Of a stretch of DNA of 64,000 nucleotides, positions 13,441 through 26,320 are shown piece by piece (position 1 is the first letter of the stretch; the number at the start of each line of letters is the position of its first letter). The stretch is taken from assembly GCF_009914755.1 (NCBI RefSeq), contig NC_060947.1; one strand, 5' to 3'. Source of the DNA: the human T2T-CHM13v2.0 reference genome, Homo sapiens. The notes below the pieces were generated by a model. The model was not told where the DNA came from, ran no database searches, and saw only the letters and a list, made by a program, of their open reading frames with translations. A program made the position numbers and the translations under genes.

Positions 13441-13689
13441 CAAAAAATAAAATAAACATTGATTTCATGAAACAAATTATTGGTTAAGAAAATTAGAGTT
13501 GATTTACAACATATTTATAGGTCAGGTTCTCAGATAAATGTACATATAGGCAGTTCTAATATATTAACATTTCCTTTCTCATTAATAGTCATTTATTGTT
13601 TATTGAGGCTACTTCTAAATATCAGGGCCCAAATACACTAGTAGTAATACTAATTCTTCATTTCTTTTACTATTTTACTAAGGGCCAGT

Positions 13690-14048
13690 CACTCTCTGAA
13701 ATGCTTAAAAGTACTAATCCTAATTATTTTTCAAAAGTAACCTGGGTAAGTATTATTATTATTTCTATTTTACAAATGAAGAAACTCAGGCAGAGAAAAG
13801 ATAAATCATTTAAACACAGTCACACAGAGCGTAAATGGATTGACGATTTAAGACCAATGACTCTGCAGAACCTTTCCTCTTAACAACTCTGATATCTTAT
13901 GTAGTCCTTTCATCATCCACATTGATAGGTACACTTACACTTCTTTTCCAAATAAACTGAGGTATTGGAGTTTAAATAACTTGTCTGAAATCATACATGT
14001 TCAGGATCTATATTCATGCGTATTTGACTCTGAAAACCTGGCTCTTAA
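13690..14048 (-). mobile_element. Two MIR fragments (~13690-13890 and ~13935-14048)
   Basis: MIR core-like attttacaaatgaagaaactcaggcagaga and aaactgagg...aaataacttgtctgaaatcatac. Confidence 0.7.
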
Positions 14049-14149
14049 ATTACCAACAATTTAAATTACCAACAATTCTCCAACTTGCAAAGAGTTTATT
14101 TCTGTCTCACACAGCCCCAGGATGAACTCAAGACCACAGAATATCACAG

Positions 14150-14635
14150 TTTTTAACCAGAGTATTGACCACAATGAAAATAAAGAAAAAATTTGAAAAA
14201 TAAACGGTAGCGGTAGATCTCATAAGTAAATCAAATAATTTGTTCCTTAAATATAGATAGATACATCACTACCATGCCTAAAAATTTGAAAAAAGAAGAA
14301 AGCACAAAATACGCACATGAAAAATATAAATGGGGAAGGGAACACTGATACAGAAGAAGAAAAAAATGATATAATAACATAATTAATTCAAGTTTATAAA
14401 AATAATATCAAAGATGATATAGATGAAATACCTGATTTTTTGGGAAATATAAAATGACAAAATTGTTTCTTTAAAAAGCTAGAAAATCTAAACAGACAAA
14501 TTGTCATTGGAGAAAACAGTTTTGAAAAAGTAGTCAAAGAACTACTTAAAACTTATTAGTCATGGAATGTCTTTGTAGGTCAATTATCTTAAATCTTTAG
14601 AATACAGATGAATCCAGTATTATTTTAACTCTTTC
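14150..14635 (+). mobile_element. Very old L1M ORF2 fragment
   Basis: A-rich, with tagatgaaat and tagaaaatctaaacagac motifs. Confidence 0.5.
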
Positions 14636-15017
14636 TGTGATGGGCTGAATTGTGTGCCCCCAATATTCAGATGTTAAATCTCTAACACGCCATATCTCAG
14701 AATGTGACTATTCAGATGTAGCCCCTAAAGATGTAATTAAGTCAAAATGAGGCCACTTGTGCGAAGCCTAATTTAATCTGACCAGTGTTCTTATAAGAAG
14801 AGAAAATTTGCACACACAGAGTGACAGCAAGAACATGTGGGCACAGATGAAAGATCAAGTGAGGACACAGCAAGATGACAGCCATTGTCAGCCAAGGAGT
14901 GAGGCCTCAGAAAAAAGTAAACTTGTAGATTCCTTGATCTTATACTTCTATCCCTCTAGAACTGTGAGAAATAAATTTATCTTGTTTAATCCATCCAACT
15001 CTTTGGTATGTTGTTAT
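14636..15017 (+). mobile_element. MLT1B-like MaLR LTR, 3' end cut by the next LTR
   Basis: tgtgatgggctgaattgtgt...ctcagaatgtgact...gtgaggacacagcaagatgacagcc...agaactgtgagaaataaat. Confidence 0.82.
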
Positions 15018-15183
15018 TGATACAGCTCTGATGAGTGGAGGAACACCAGGGCTCTTGTTTCGTGGGAATTGGGTAAAATGACATGGACACATGTGGAGTG
15101 GTTTTAAGGAGTGGAGAGTTGTTTAATAGGCAAGAAAGAAGGGAGAAGAAAGAAGGAAGAAGCTCCCCTGTACAGACAGAGGG
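15018..15183 (-). mobile_element. ERV1 LTR fragment (MER51-like), truncated
   Basis: tgatacagctctgatgagtggaggaacaccaggg...gtggagtggttttaaggag; family name from memory of the consensus. Confidence 0.6.
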
Positions 15184-17042
15184 TTAGGGTTAGGGTTGGG
15201 AGATATTCAGCAAGATGGAGAATTAGGAGCTGGTGCACTCATATCTCCTTATGACAACAATAATTTTGCAGGTATCCATGGACAAAAGTGCATTTGTGGA
15301 AACATTAGGACTGAGGTAGGAGGTTGTGAAACTCTGGTGGCACCTAGGACCTAGGAATGCCTTTTTAAGAGGCAAGACCCATGCATGCCCCAGTGCTAGA
15401 CTCAAAAACCATTGTCCTGGTGCCAAACCTGGAAACAGCCTTATTTCCCTGTGGACTTGTCTACAGCACTATTTTACCTTGTTTCTGTGACCAAAACTAT
15501 CTGCCAAAGGCCCAGGAGGAGTCATGCACACTAGTGTCACTGGGGAAGGCCTTCTGACTTCAGTTCCACGGTAGATACTAAAATGGTTTGCAAACTTAGC
15601 CCCAGTCCTTCTTACTGTAGTTTGAGAGCAGCTCTGCCTGAAGGAATACATGCCTGTCCATGCCCCTGTAGCCAGGCCAGCTGGCATTGGCCCCACAGCA
15701 GATCCTGAGATAGCTCTGCAACTCAGCCCAGCCCCTCTAAGTTGCGGTTTGAGAGCAGTTCTTTCCACACTGGGGAGGGACCTAGAGAAAAATTCACTCA
15801 GCATTGCCTCTGTAGGCAAGCCTACTGACCTTGGCCCCACTGTGAATCTTAAAACAGCCCTGTAAATTGACTCCACCTCATGTCAGCTATGGTCTGAGAA
15901 CAGTCCTGCTTTCCCAGGAAGCCACTAGAATACAAATCCACTTCTGACACCAATGGTAGGCTTATAGGCCTCAGTCATGGCTACAGACTTGAACCAGTCC
16001 TGGACTCAGTTCAAAGCCCTTCCAGCCATGGTCTAGGGTCGGTATTATCTGTCTGAGGATTCTCAGAATTACCCAGCATAAGCCCTCCCAGAGACCTAGA
16101 AGAAGCAGTACCCATTCATCACCTGGAAACAGGAAAACCATCTGCAGATTTTGAAGTAGATCCTTATTCCAGTGCCAGATCTGCTGACCAAAGACCTGGA
16201 GTCAGTCCAGTCCACTCAAAAAACATATAGGATTCATACTCCCTAGAGCCCCTGGTAACAGGCCCACTAAGTGCAAATTCCACTGCAAAACCAGCAGCAG
16301 TCACATGACCTGGTTCAAACACCACTTGGCCACAATCTTGGAGATAATCCAATAAGCACAGGAAATCAACAGGAAAAGGTCTTCATCTGCCAAAAGTAGT
16401 CTGTAAATACTGAAAGAAGTGTTTGCTCATTCAAATGCATAGAACAAATGGACCTAAGAGATATATATGGAACATTTTATCCAATAGCAGTAGCACAAAT
16501 TTTTTTCTCAAGTATATATGGAATCTTCATCAGAATATATCATATTTTGGGCCACAAAACAACCTTTAACAAATTTAAGAATATTGTAATCATATCACAT
16601 ATCTTTTATGACCACTATGTTATAAAACTAGAAATCACCAATAGCAGAAATGTTGTAAAATTCAGAAATGTGTGAAAATTAAACAACTTGGTCCTAAACA
16701 ACTGAGGGCCAAAAAATAAATTAAAAGCAAGTTTAAAACCATTATAAGAACACCAAAAATGGAAACATAACATACAAAAACTTAAAAGATTCAGCATAAG
16801 CAGTTCTAAGAGTAAAGTTTATAGCAATAAATGCCTTCATTAAGAAAAAAAGATCTCAAATAACAGTCAAATTTTGCACCTCAAGAAAAAGAAGAACTTA
16901 GATAAAAGTCAGGATAAAGAAGAAAATGTAAACATCAGAACAAAAATAAAATAGACACAAGAAAGACAATAGAAAAGATCAATAAAACCAAGAGTTGCTT
17001 TTTTGAAAAGAAGAAATCTGACAAACCTTTAGGTAGACTAAC

Positions 17043-17102
17043 TGTATTAGTTCATTCTTGCATTGCTACAAAGAAATACCTGAGACTTGGTAATTTATAA
17101 AG
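17043..17102 (-). mobile_element. 60-bp MST LTR remnant
   Basis: tgtattagttcattcttgcattgctacaaagaaatacctgagac closely matches 3177-3235. Confidence 0.8.
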
Positions 17103-17293
17103 GCAATACAATGAAATTATAGGCAATCCAATTTCTGGTTACATGCCCAAAAGAAATGAAATTAGTATGTCAAAGTGATATCTGGATTCCCATGTTCATT
17201 GAGCTTTATTCACAGCGGCTAAGTTATGGAATCCATCCAAGTGTTCACTGATGGATAAATGGATACAGAAAACGTTTATATATATATATATAA

Positions 17294-17597
<304 letters not shown>

Positions 17598-20500
17598 ATA
17601 TAATTTCATATATATATATATGTGTGTGTGTGTTTATCACAATGTGTATGTATACAAACAATAAATATTATTCAGCTTAAAACAGGAAAAAGACGTTTCA
17701 TTTCTGACAGCATGGAGATATTATTGCTAAGTGCAACATGCTAGACACAGAAGAACCAATACTGTATGATCTCATTTACATGTGGAATCTAAAAAAGTGA
17801 AACACTTAGAGAGTGGAACTGTGTTTCCCAGGTGCTTGGGGTGGGGAAAATGTGGAGATATTGGTCAAATGGCACAAACTTCCAGTTATAAAATAAACAA
17901 CTTCTAAGAATCTAATGTACAGCATGGGTGGTGAAGGATATTGTAATTAATTTCATTATGATAATCATTATTCAATATATACATATATCAGATTATCACA
18001 CTGTACACCTTGAATATATAGAATCTTCATTTGTCAATTAAATGTTTTTTTAAATTTAAAAACTTACAAACCCGAAAACACACAATGTTCTTAAAAAATA
18101 TCTGAAGATATTTTACAAAAGTCAAATTACAATGTAGTTCCAATTATGTTTTTCAAGATGGCTAACTCGGGCCATCTAATGCCTCTTCTCCTCAGAAAGA
18201 AAATCAAATTTACTGGTGAATGGACAAGTTTCAAATGGAAAACTGAGAGAAGAGACCCAGGGCCTATTGGAGAGCCTACAGAAAGAAGCCCAGATGCAGA
18301 AAAGGGAAGCAGCAAGAGTCTAGCCGAGATCAACCCCTGGGGAACTCAGAGCCCCATGGAAAGGTTCTGTGGGAGTGCTTCTTTGCTCCCCTCACCCCTC
18401 TGACAATCTGCTGACTGCCAAACTGTTGGGGAGCCCCTCTGCCTTTGTAACCTAGGGCAACGCTATTGACGGTAATTTAAAAACTTCCCAGTAAAAGAGA
18501 ACTGGGCGGCCAGTTCATGCAGGTATTGCCTGTACTCCCCTCACACCTGCACTGAGATGTCAGATGCCAGACTGGTTGTGCACACATGGCAAGCCACTGC
18601 CATGCCTGGGGATTCTCTGCCCTTTAGTTGTCACAACACTAGACCTCCCACAAACATATCCCACAACCTGCTATGACACTGGCAAGTATAGGGGACTGGC
18701 AGATTCCTAGGATGCTGCAGGAATCTGTGAGATTTAACCCTCAGTGGATGCAGCAGTGATTCTTCCCACTAAGGGCTGCCTTGTGTGCACTCAGAGGAAG
18801 AGTTTGCATTTTTCATGGTGGCTCTACCTCTGCTGCAGGTGAGCCCACACCTCTTGGGTGTACTCAGAGTGTGGGACCTAACTCTCTCTTCCTACACAGA
18901 ACAGCAGCATGCCAGAAAAAGAGGACAGCCAAGTCACAGAATTGCCTACCCTGGACTAGGGGAAGAGGCTCTACCCTGAGCCCATTTGGGTAGTAGCCAT
19001 CAGAGGCATTTATCTGCAGACTGCAGCAATATTGCAGCCAGGAACTAAAGGAAACAGTCTTTACAAACTGAAGATAATGAGCCCTGAAAATGGAAGTGAT
19101 AAGGAAGCAGATCATGTTCCCACCAGCTCAGAACAAGGAGATCCTGCATGCCTCTCTGCCCCTTCCTCCAAGATCTCAGCTCACCCAACATGATCTTTTC
19201 TCATCACCCTACCCTGGGCGAGCTGGCTCTTATTCTTAAGCACCACATACTGGACCAGAGGCTGATCTGCACTACCAAATAAAATGGCTGCCAGAATGGC
19301 TTAGTACTGGTACATGAGATAAGTTTCCTGAGTCTTCCACTCCCTCAGCAGTGCATGAAGTACTGTGTCAACTCATATGCCCAGTACATTGCTACAACAA
19401 GCAGGAGCTGAGAAAGTCTCCATACAGAATCTATCCACAGCAAAAGAACACAAACAGATCTTTGGCCCCTTGAAAGCATCCAGAAGTGAAGCAAAATGAT
19501 TATACAAAACATACGCAACAGTCATACTCTCAAGAGAAAAAATAAAAAGAAATAAAATACAAAGTTCCATCCAAATGATAGCAAATTGAAAAATAAGAAG
19601 TGACACATTCCTCACATGAGAAGAAGAAATCAGCACAAGAACTCTAGCATTACAAAAAGCCAGAGTGTCCTGACACCTCCAAAGAATTGCACTAGCTCTC
19701 TAGCAATGGATAATAACCAAATTGAAAAGTCTGAAATGACAGATCAAAAAATCAAAATACAAACTGCAAATAAACATCATGAGATCCAAGACAAAGTACA
19801 AAACCTAAACAAAGATGCCAGAACAACAATTCAGGATATAAAATATGAGATAGCTATATTAACAAAAAAAATAGATCTTCAAGAATTGAACTATTGTTAT
19901 TATACTTTAAGTACTTGGATACATGTGCAGAACGTGCAGGTTTGTTACATAGGTATACACCTGCAATGGTGGTTTGCTGCACCCTTCAAACTGTCATCTA
20001 CATTAGGTATTTCTCCGAATACTATCCTCCCTCTAAACCCCCACCCCCAGACAGGCACTGGTGTGTGATGTTTCCCTCCCTGTGTCAATGTGTTCTCATT
20101 GTTCAACTCCCACTTATGAGTGAGAACATACAGTGTTTGGTTTTCTGTTCCTGTGTTAGTTTGCTGAGAATGATGGTTTCCAGCTTCATCCATGTCCCTG
20201 CAAAAGACATGAACTCATCCTCTTTTATGGCAGCATAGTATTCCATGGTGTATATGTGCCACATTTTCTTTATCCCAGCTATCATTGATGGGCATTTGAG
20301 TTGGTTCCAAGTCTTCACTATTGTGAATAGTGCTGCAACAAAAACACATGTGCATGTGTCTTTATAGTAGAATGATTTATAATCCTTTGAGTATATATCC
20401 AGTAAGGGGATTGCTAGGTCAAATGGTATTTCTGGTTCTAGATCCTTGAGGAATCACCACACTGTTTTCCACAATGGTTGAACTAATTTAGACTCCACCA

Positions 20501-21029
20501 ACAGTGAAAAAGCGTTCCTATTTCTCCACATCCTCTCCAGCATCTGTTGTTTCCTGACTTTTTAATGATTGCCATCCTTACTGGCATGAGATGGTATCTC
20601 ATTGTGGTTTTGATTTGCATTTCTCTAATGACCAGAGATGATGAGCTTTTTTTCATATGCTTGTTGGCCGCATAAATGTCTTCTTTTAAGAAGTGTCTGT
20701 TAATATCCTTTGCCCACTTTTTGATAGAGTTGTCTTTTTTTTTTTTTTTTTTGTAAATTTGTTTAAGTTCCTTGTGGATTCTGGATATTAGTCCTTTGTC
20801 AGATGGATAGATTGCAACAATATTCTCCCATTCTGTAGGTTGCCTGTTCACTCTGATGATAGTTTCTTTTGCTGTGCAGAAGCTCTTTAGTTTAATTAGA
20901 TCCCATTTGTTAATTTTGGCTTTTGTTGCCATTGCTTTTGGTGTTTTAGTCATGAAGTCTTTGCCCATGCCTATGTCCTGAATAGTATTGCCTAGGTTTT
21001 CTTCTAGAGTTTTTATGGTTTTAGGTATT

Positions 21030-21382
<353 letters not shown>

Positions 21383-22673
21383 TAAGTCTTTAATCCATCT
21401 TGAGTTAATTTTTGTATAAGGTGTAAGAAAGGGGTTCAGTTTCGGTTTTCTGCATATGGCTAGCCAGTTTTCTCAACACCATTTATTAAATAGGGAATCC
21501 TTTCCCCATTGCTTGTTTTTGTCAGGTTTGTCAAACATGAGATGGTTGTAGATGTGTGGCATTATTTCTGAGGCCTCTGTTCTGTTCCGTTGGTCTACAT
21601 ATCTGTTTTGGTACCAGTACCATGCTGTTTTTGTTACTGTAGCCTTGTAGTGTAGTTTGAACTCAGGTAGCATGATGCCTCCAGCTTTGTTCTTTTTTCT
21701 CAGGATTGTCTTGGCTATACAAGGTCTTTTTTGGGTTCCATATGAAATTTAAAGTAGTTTTTTCTAATGAAGAAAGTCAATGGTAGCTTGATGGGGATGG
21801 CATTGAATCTATAAATTACTTTGTGCAGTACGGCCATTTTCACTATATTGATTCTTCCTATTCATGAATATGGAATGTTTTTCCATTTTTTTGTGTCCTT
21901 TCTTATTTCCTTGAGCAGTGGTTTGTAGTTCCCTTGAAGAGGTACTTCACATCCCTTTTAAGTTGTATTCCTAGGTATTTTATTCTCCGTAGCAATTGTG
22001 AATGGGAATGCACTCCAGATTTGGCTCCATGTTTGTCTATTTTGGGTGTATAGGAATGCTTGTGATTTTTGCACATTGATTTTGTATCCTGAGACTTTGC
22101 TGAAGTTGTTTATCAGCTTAAGGAGATATTGGGCTGAGAAGATGGGGTTTTCTAAATATCCAATCATGTCATCTGCAAACAGGAACAATTTGACTTCCTA
22201 TCTTCCTATTCGAATACCCTTTATTTCTTTCTCTTGCCTGACTGCCCTGACCAGAACTTCCAATACTGTGTTGAATAGGAGTAGTGAGAGAGGGCTTCCT
22301 TGTCTTATGCTGGTTTTCAAAGGGAATGCTTCCAGCTTTTGCCCATTCAGTATGATATTGGCTGTGGGTTTATCATAAATAGCTCTTATTATTTTGAGAT
22401 ACATTCCATCAATACCTCGTTTATTGAGAGTTTTTAGCATGAAGGGGTGTTGAATTTTATCAATGGCCTTTTCTGCATCTATTGAGATAATCATGTGGTT
22501 TTGGTCATTGGTTCTGTTTATGTGAGGGATTACGTTTATTGATTTGCATATGTTGAACCAGCCTTGCATCTCAGGAATGAAGCTGACATGATCATGATGG
22601 ATAAGCTTTTTGATTTGCTGCTGGATTTGGTTTGCCAGTATTTTATTGAGGATCTTCACATTGATGTTCATCA

Positions 22674-22892
<219 letters not shown>

Positions 22893-25800
22893 TTACTCCC
22901 TCAATTTCATAACTGGTTATTGGTCTATTCAGGGATTTGAGTTCTTCCTGGTTTAGTCTTGGGAGGATGTATGCATCTAGGAATTTATCCATTTCTTCTA
23001 GATCCTCTAGTTTATTTGTATAGAGGTGTTTATAGTATTCTCTGATGGTAGTTTGTATTTCTGTGGGATCAGTGGTGAGATCCCCTTTATTATTTTTTAT
23101 TTTGTCTATTTGATTCTTCCCTCTTTTCTTCTTTATTAGTCTGGTTAGTAGTCTATCTATTTTGTTAATCTTTTCAAAACCAGCTCCTGGATTCATTGAT
23201 TTTTTTGAAGCGTTTTTCTTTTCTCTATCTCCTTCAGTTCTCCTCTGATCTTAATTATTTCGTGTCTTCTCCTAGCTTTTGAATTTGTTTGCTCTTCTTC
23301 TCTACTTCTTTTAATTGTGATGTTAGGGTTTTGACTTTAGATCTTTCCCGCTTTCTCTTGTGGGCATTTAGTGCTATAAATTTCCCTCTAAATAGTGCTT
23401 TAGATGTGTCCAAAGTTTCTGGTATGTTGTGTCTTTGTTCTCATTGGTTTCAGAGAACTTATTTATTTCTGCCTTAATTTAGTTATTTACCCAGTAGTCA
23501 ATCAGAAGCAGGTTGTTTTGTTTCCATGTAGTTGCATGTTTTTTAGTGAGATTGTTAATCCTGAGTTCTAATTGGATTGCCCTGTGGTCTGAGAGACTGT
23601 TTGTTATGATTTCCATGGTTTTGCGTTTGTTGAGGAGTGTTTTACTCTCAATTATGATGTCAGTTTTAGAATAAGTATGATGTGGTACTGAGAAGAGTGT
23701 ATATTCTGTTGATTAGGCGTGGAGAGTTCTGTAGGTGTCTATGAGGTACGCTTTGTCCAGAGCTGAGTTCAAGTCCTGAATATTCTTGTTAACTTTCTGT
23801 CTCATTGATCTGTCTAATATTGATGCTGGGGTGTCAAAGTATCCCCCTATTATTGTGTGGGAGTCTAAGTCTCTTTGTAGGCCTCTAAGAACTTACTTTA
23901 TGAATCTGAGTGCTTCCATATTGCGTGCATATGTATTTAGGATAGTTAGCTTTTCTTGTTTCTTGTTGCATTGATCCCTTTACCATTTGGTAATGCCATT
24001 CTTTGTCGTTTTTGGTCTTTGTTGGTTTAAAGTTTTTTATTTTATTTTATTTTATTTTTTTAATCAGGGACTAGGATTGCAACACCTGTTTTTTTTTTTT
24101 CTTTCCATTTGCTTGGTAAATATTCCTCCATCCCTTTATATTGAGCCTATGTGTGTCTTTGCATGTGAGATGGGTCTCCCAAATACAGCGCACCAATGGG
24201 TCTTGACTCTTTATCCAGTTTACCAGTCTGTGTCTTTTAATTGGGGCATTTAGCCTGTTAACTTTTAAGGTTAATATTGTTATGTGTGAATTTGATTCTG
24301 TCATTATGATGCCATTAGTTGATGCAGTCTCTTCATAGTGTTGATGGTTTTACAATTTGATAGTTTTTTACAGTGGCTGGTATTGTTTTTTTCTTTCCAT
24401 ATTTAGTGCTTCCTTCAGGAGCTCTTGTAAGGCAGGCCTGGTGGTGACAAAATCTCTCAGCATTTGCTTGTTTGTAAATAATTTTATTTCTCCTTCGCTT
24501 ATGAAGCTTAGTTTGGTTGGACATGAAATTCTGTGTTGAGAATTATTTTCTTTAAGAATGTTGAATATTGGCCCCCACTCTCTTCTGGCTTGTAGGGTTT
24601 CTTCAGAGAGATCCACTGTTAGTCTGATGGGCTTCCCTTTGTGGGTAACCCTGTCTTTCTCTCTGGCTGCCCTTAACATTTTTTCCTTCATTTCAACCTT
24701 GATGAATCTGACAATTATGTGTCTTGGGGTTCCTCTTCTCAAGAAGTATCTTTGTGGTGTTTTCTGTATTTCCTGTATTTGAATGTTGACCTGAATGTTT
24801 CCCAACCTGCTAGGTTGGGAAAGTTGTCCTGGATCATATCCTGGAGAGTGTTTTTCAACTTGATTCCATTATCCCCATCACTTTCAGGTACACCAATCAA
24901 ACGTAGGTTTGGTTTTTTCACATAGTTCAATATTTCTTTGAGGCTTTGTTCCTTACTTTTTATTCTTTTTTCTCTAATCTTGTCTTCACACTTTATTTTA
25001 TTAAGTTAATCTTCAGTCTCTGATATTCTTTCTTCCACTTGATCTATTCAGCTATTAATACTTGTGTATGCTTCACGAAGTTCTCATACTGTGTTTTTCA
25101 GCTCCATCAGGTTATGTTCTTCTTTAAACTGGTTATTCTAGTTAGCAATTCCTCTAACTGTTTTGCAAAGTTCTTAGCTTTCTTGCATTGGGTTAGAACA
25201 TGCTTCTTTAGCTAGGAAGAGTTTGTTATTACCCACCTTCTGAAGTCTATTTCTGTCAATTTGTCAAACTCACTGTCCGTCCAGTTTTGTTCTTTTGGTG
25301 GCAAGGAGTTTTGATCCTTTGCAGCATAAGAGGATGTCTGTTTTCTGGAATTTTCAGCCTTTTTGCGCTGGTTTTTCCTCATCTTCATGGATTTGTCTAC
25401 CTTTCATCTTTCGTGTTGGTGACCTTTGGATGGGGTTTTTGTGTAGATATCCTTTTTGTTAATTTAAAAACAGAAAGGATGCTATTCCTTTCTGTTTGTT
25501 AGTTTTCCTTCTAACAGTCAGGCCCCTCTAATGCAGGTCTGCTAGAGTTTGCTAGAGGTCCACTTGAGTCCCTGTGTGCCTGAGTATCACCATCAGAGGC
25601 TGCAGAACAGCAAAGATTGCTGCCTTTTCCTTCCTCTGGAACCTTCATCCCAGAAGGGCACCTGCCAGATGCCTGCTGGAGCTCTCCTGTATGCGATGTC
25701 TGTCGATCCCTCCTGGGAGGTATTTCCCAGTCATGAGGCATGCAGGTCAGGGACCCACTTGAGGAGGCAGTCTGTCCCTTAGCAGAGGTCAAGCACCGTG

Positions 25801-26101
25801 CTGGGAGATCTGCTGCTCTCTTCAGAGCCAGTAGGCAGGAACATTTAAGTCTGCTGAAGCTGCACCCACAGCCGCCCCTTACTCCAGGTGTTCTGTCCCA
25901 GGAAGATGGGAGCTTTATCTATAATCCTCTGATTGGGGCTGCTGCCTTTCTTTCTGAGATGCCCTGCTCAGAGAGGAGGAAACTAGAGAGGCAGTCTAGC
26001 TACAGCAGCTTTGCCAAACTGTGGTGGCCTCTGTCCAGTTCTAACCTCCCAGCAGCTTTGTTTACACTGTGAGGGAAAAACCGCCTACTCAAGCCTTAGT
26101 A

Positions 26102-26320
26102 ATGGCAGAAGCCCCTCCCACCACCAAGCTTGAGTGTCCCAAGTCAACTTCAGATTGCTCTGCTGGCAGCGAGAATTTTAAGCCAGTGGATCTTAACTTG
26201 CTGGGCTCTATGGGGGTTGGGTCTGCTGAGCTAGACCACTTGGCTCCCTGGCTTCAGCCCCCTTTCCAGGGGTGTAAACAGTTCTGTCTTGCTGGCATTC
26301 CAGGTGCCACTGGGGTATGA
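26102..26320 (+). other. ORF0-like antisense ORF (72 aa) in the L1PA7 5' UTR
   Basis: MAEAPPTTKLECPKSTSDCSAGSEN resembles the L1 ORF0 N-terminus (MAGAPPPASL...SDCCASN, recalled). Kozak context is GtaATGG. Confidence 0.6.

Noticed and set aside
14045-14076. Perfect 16-bp tandem duplication ttaaattaccaacaat
   Set aside because: An ordinary slippage duplication with nothing between the copies.
19616-20068. 150-aa ORF
   Set aside because: It is a chimera of the old L1 ORF1 start and the antisense 3' UTR of the inserted L1PA7.
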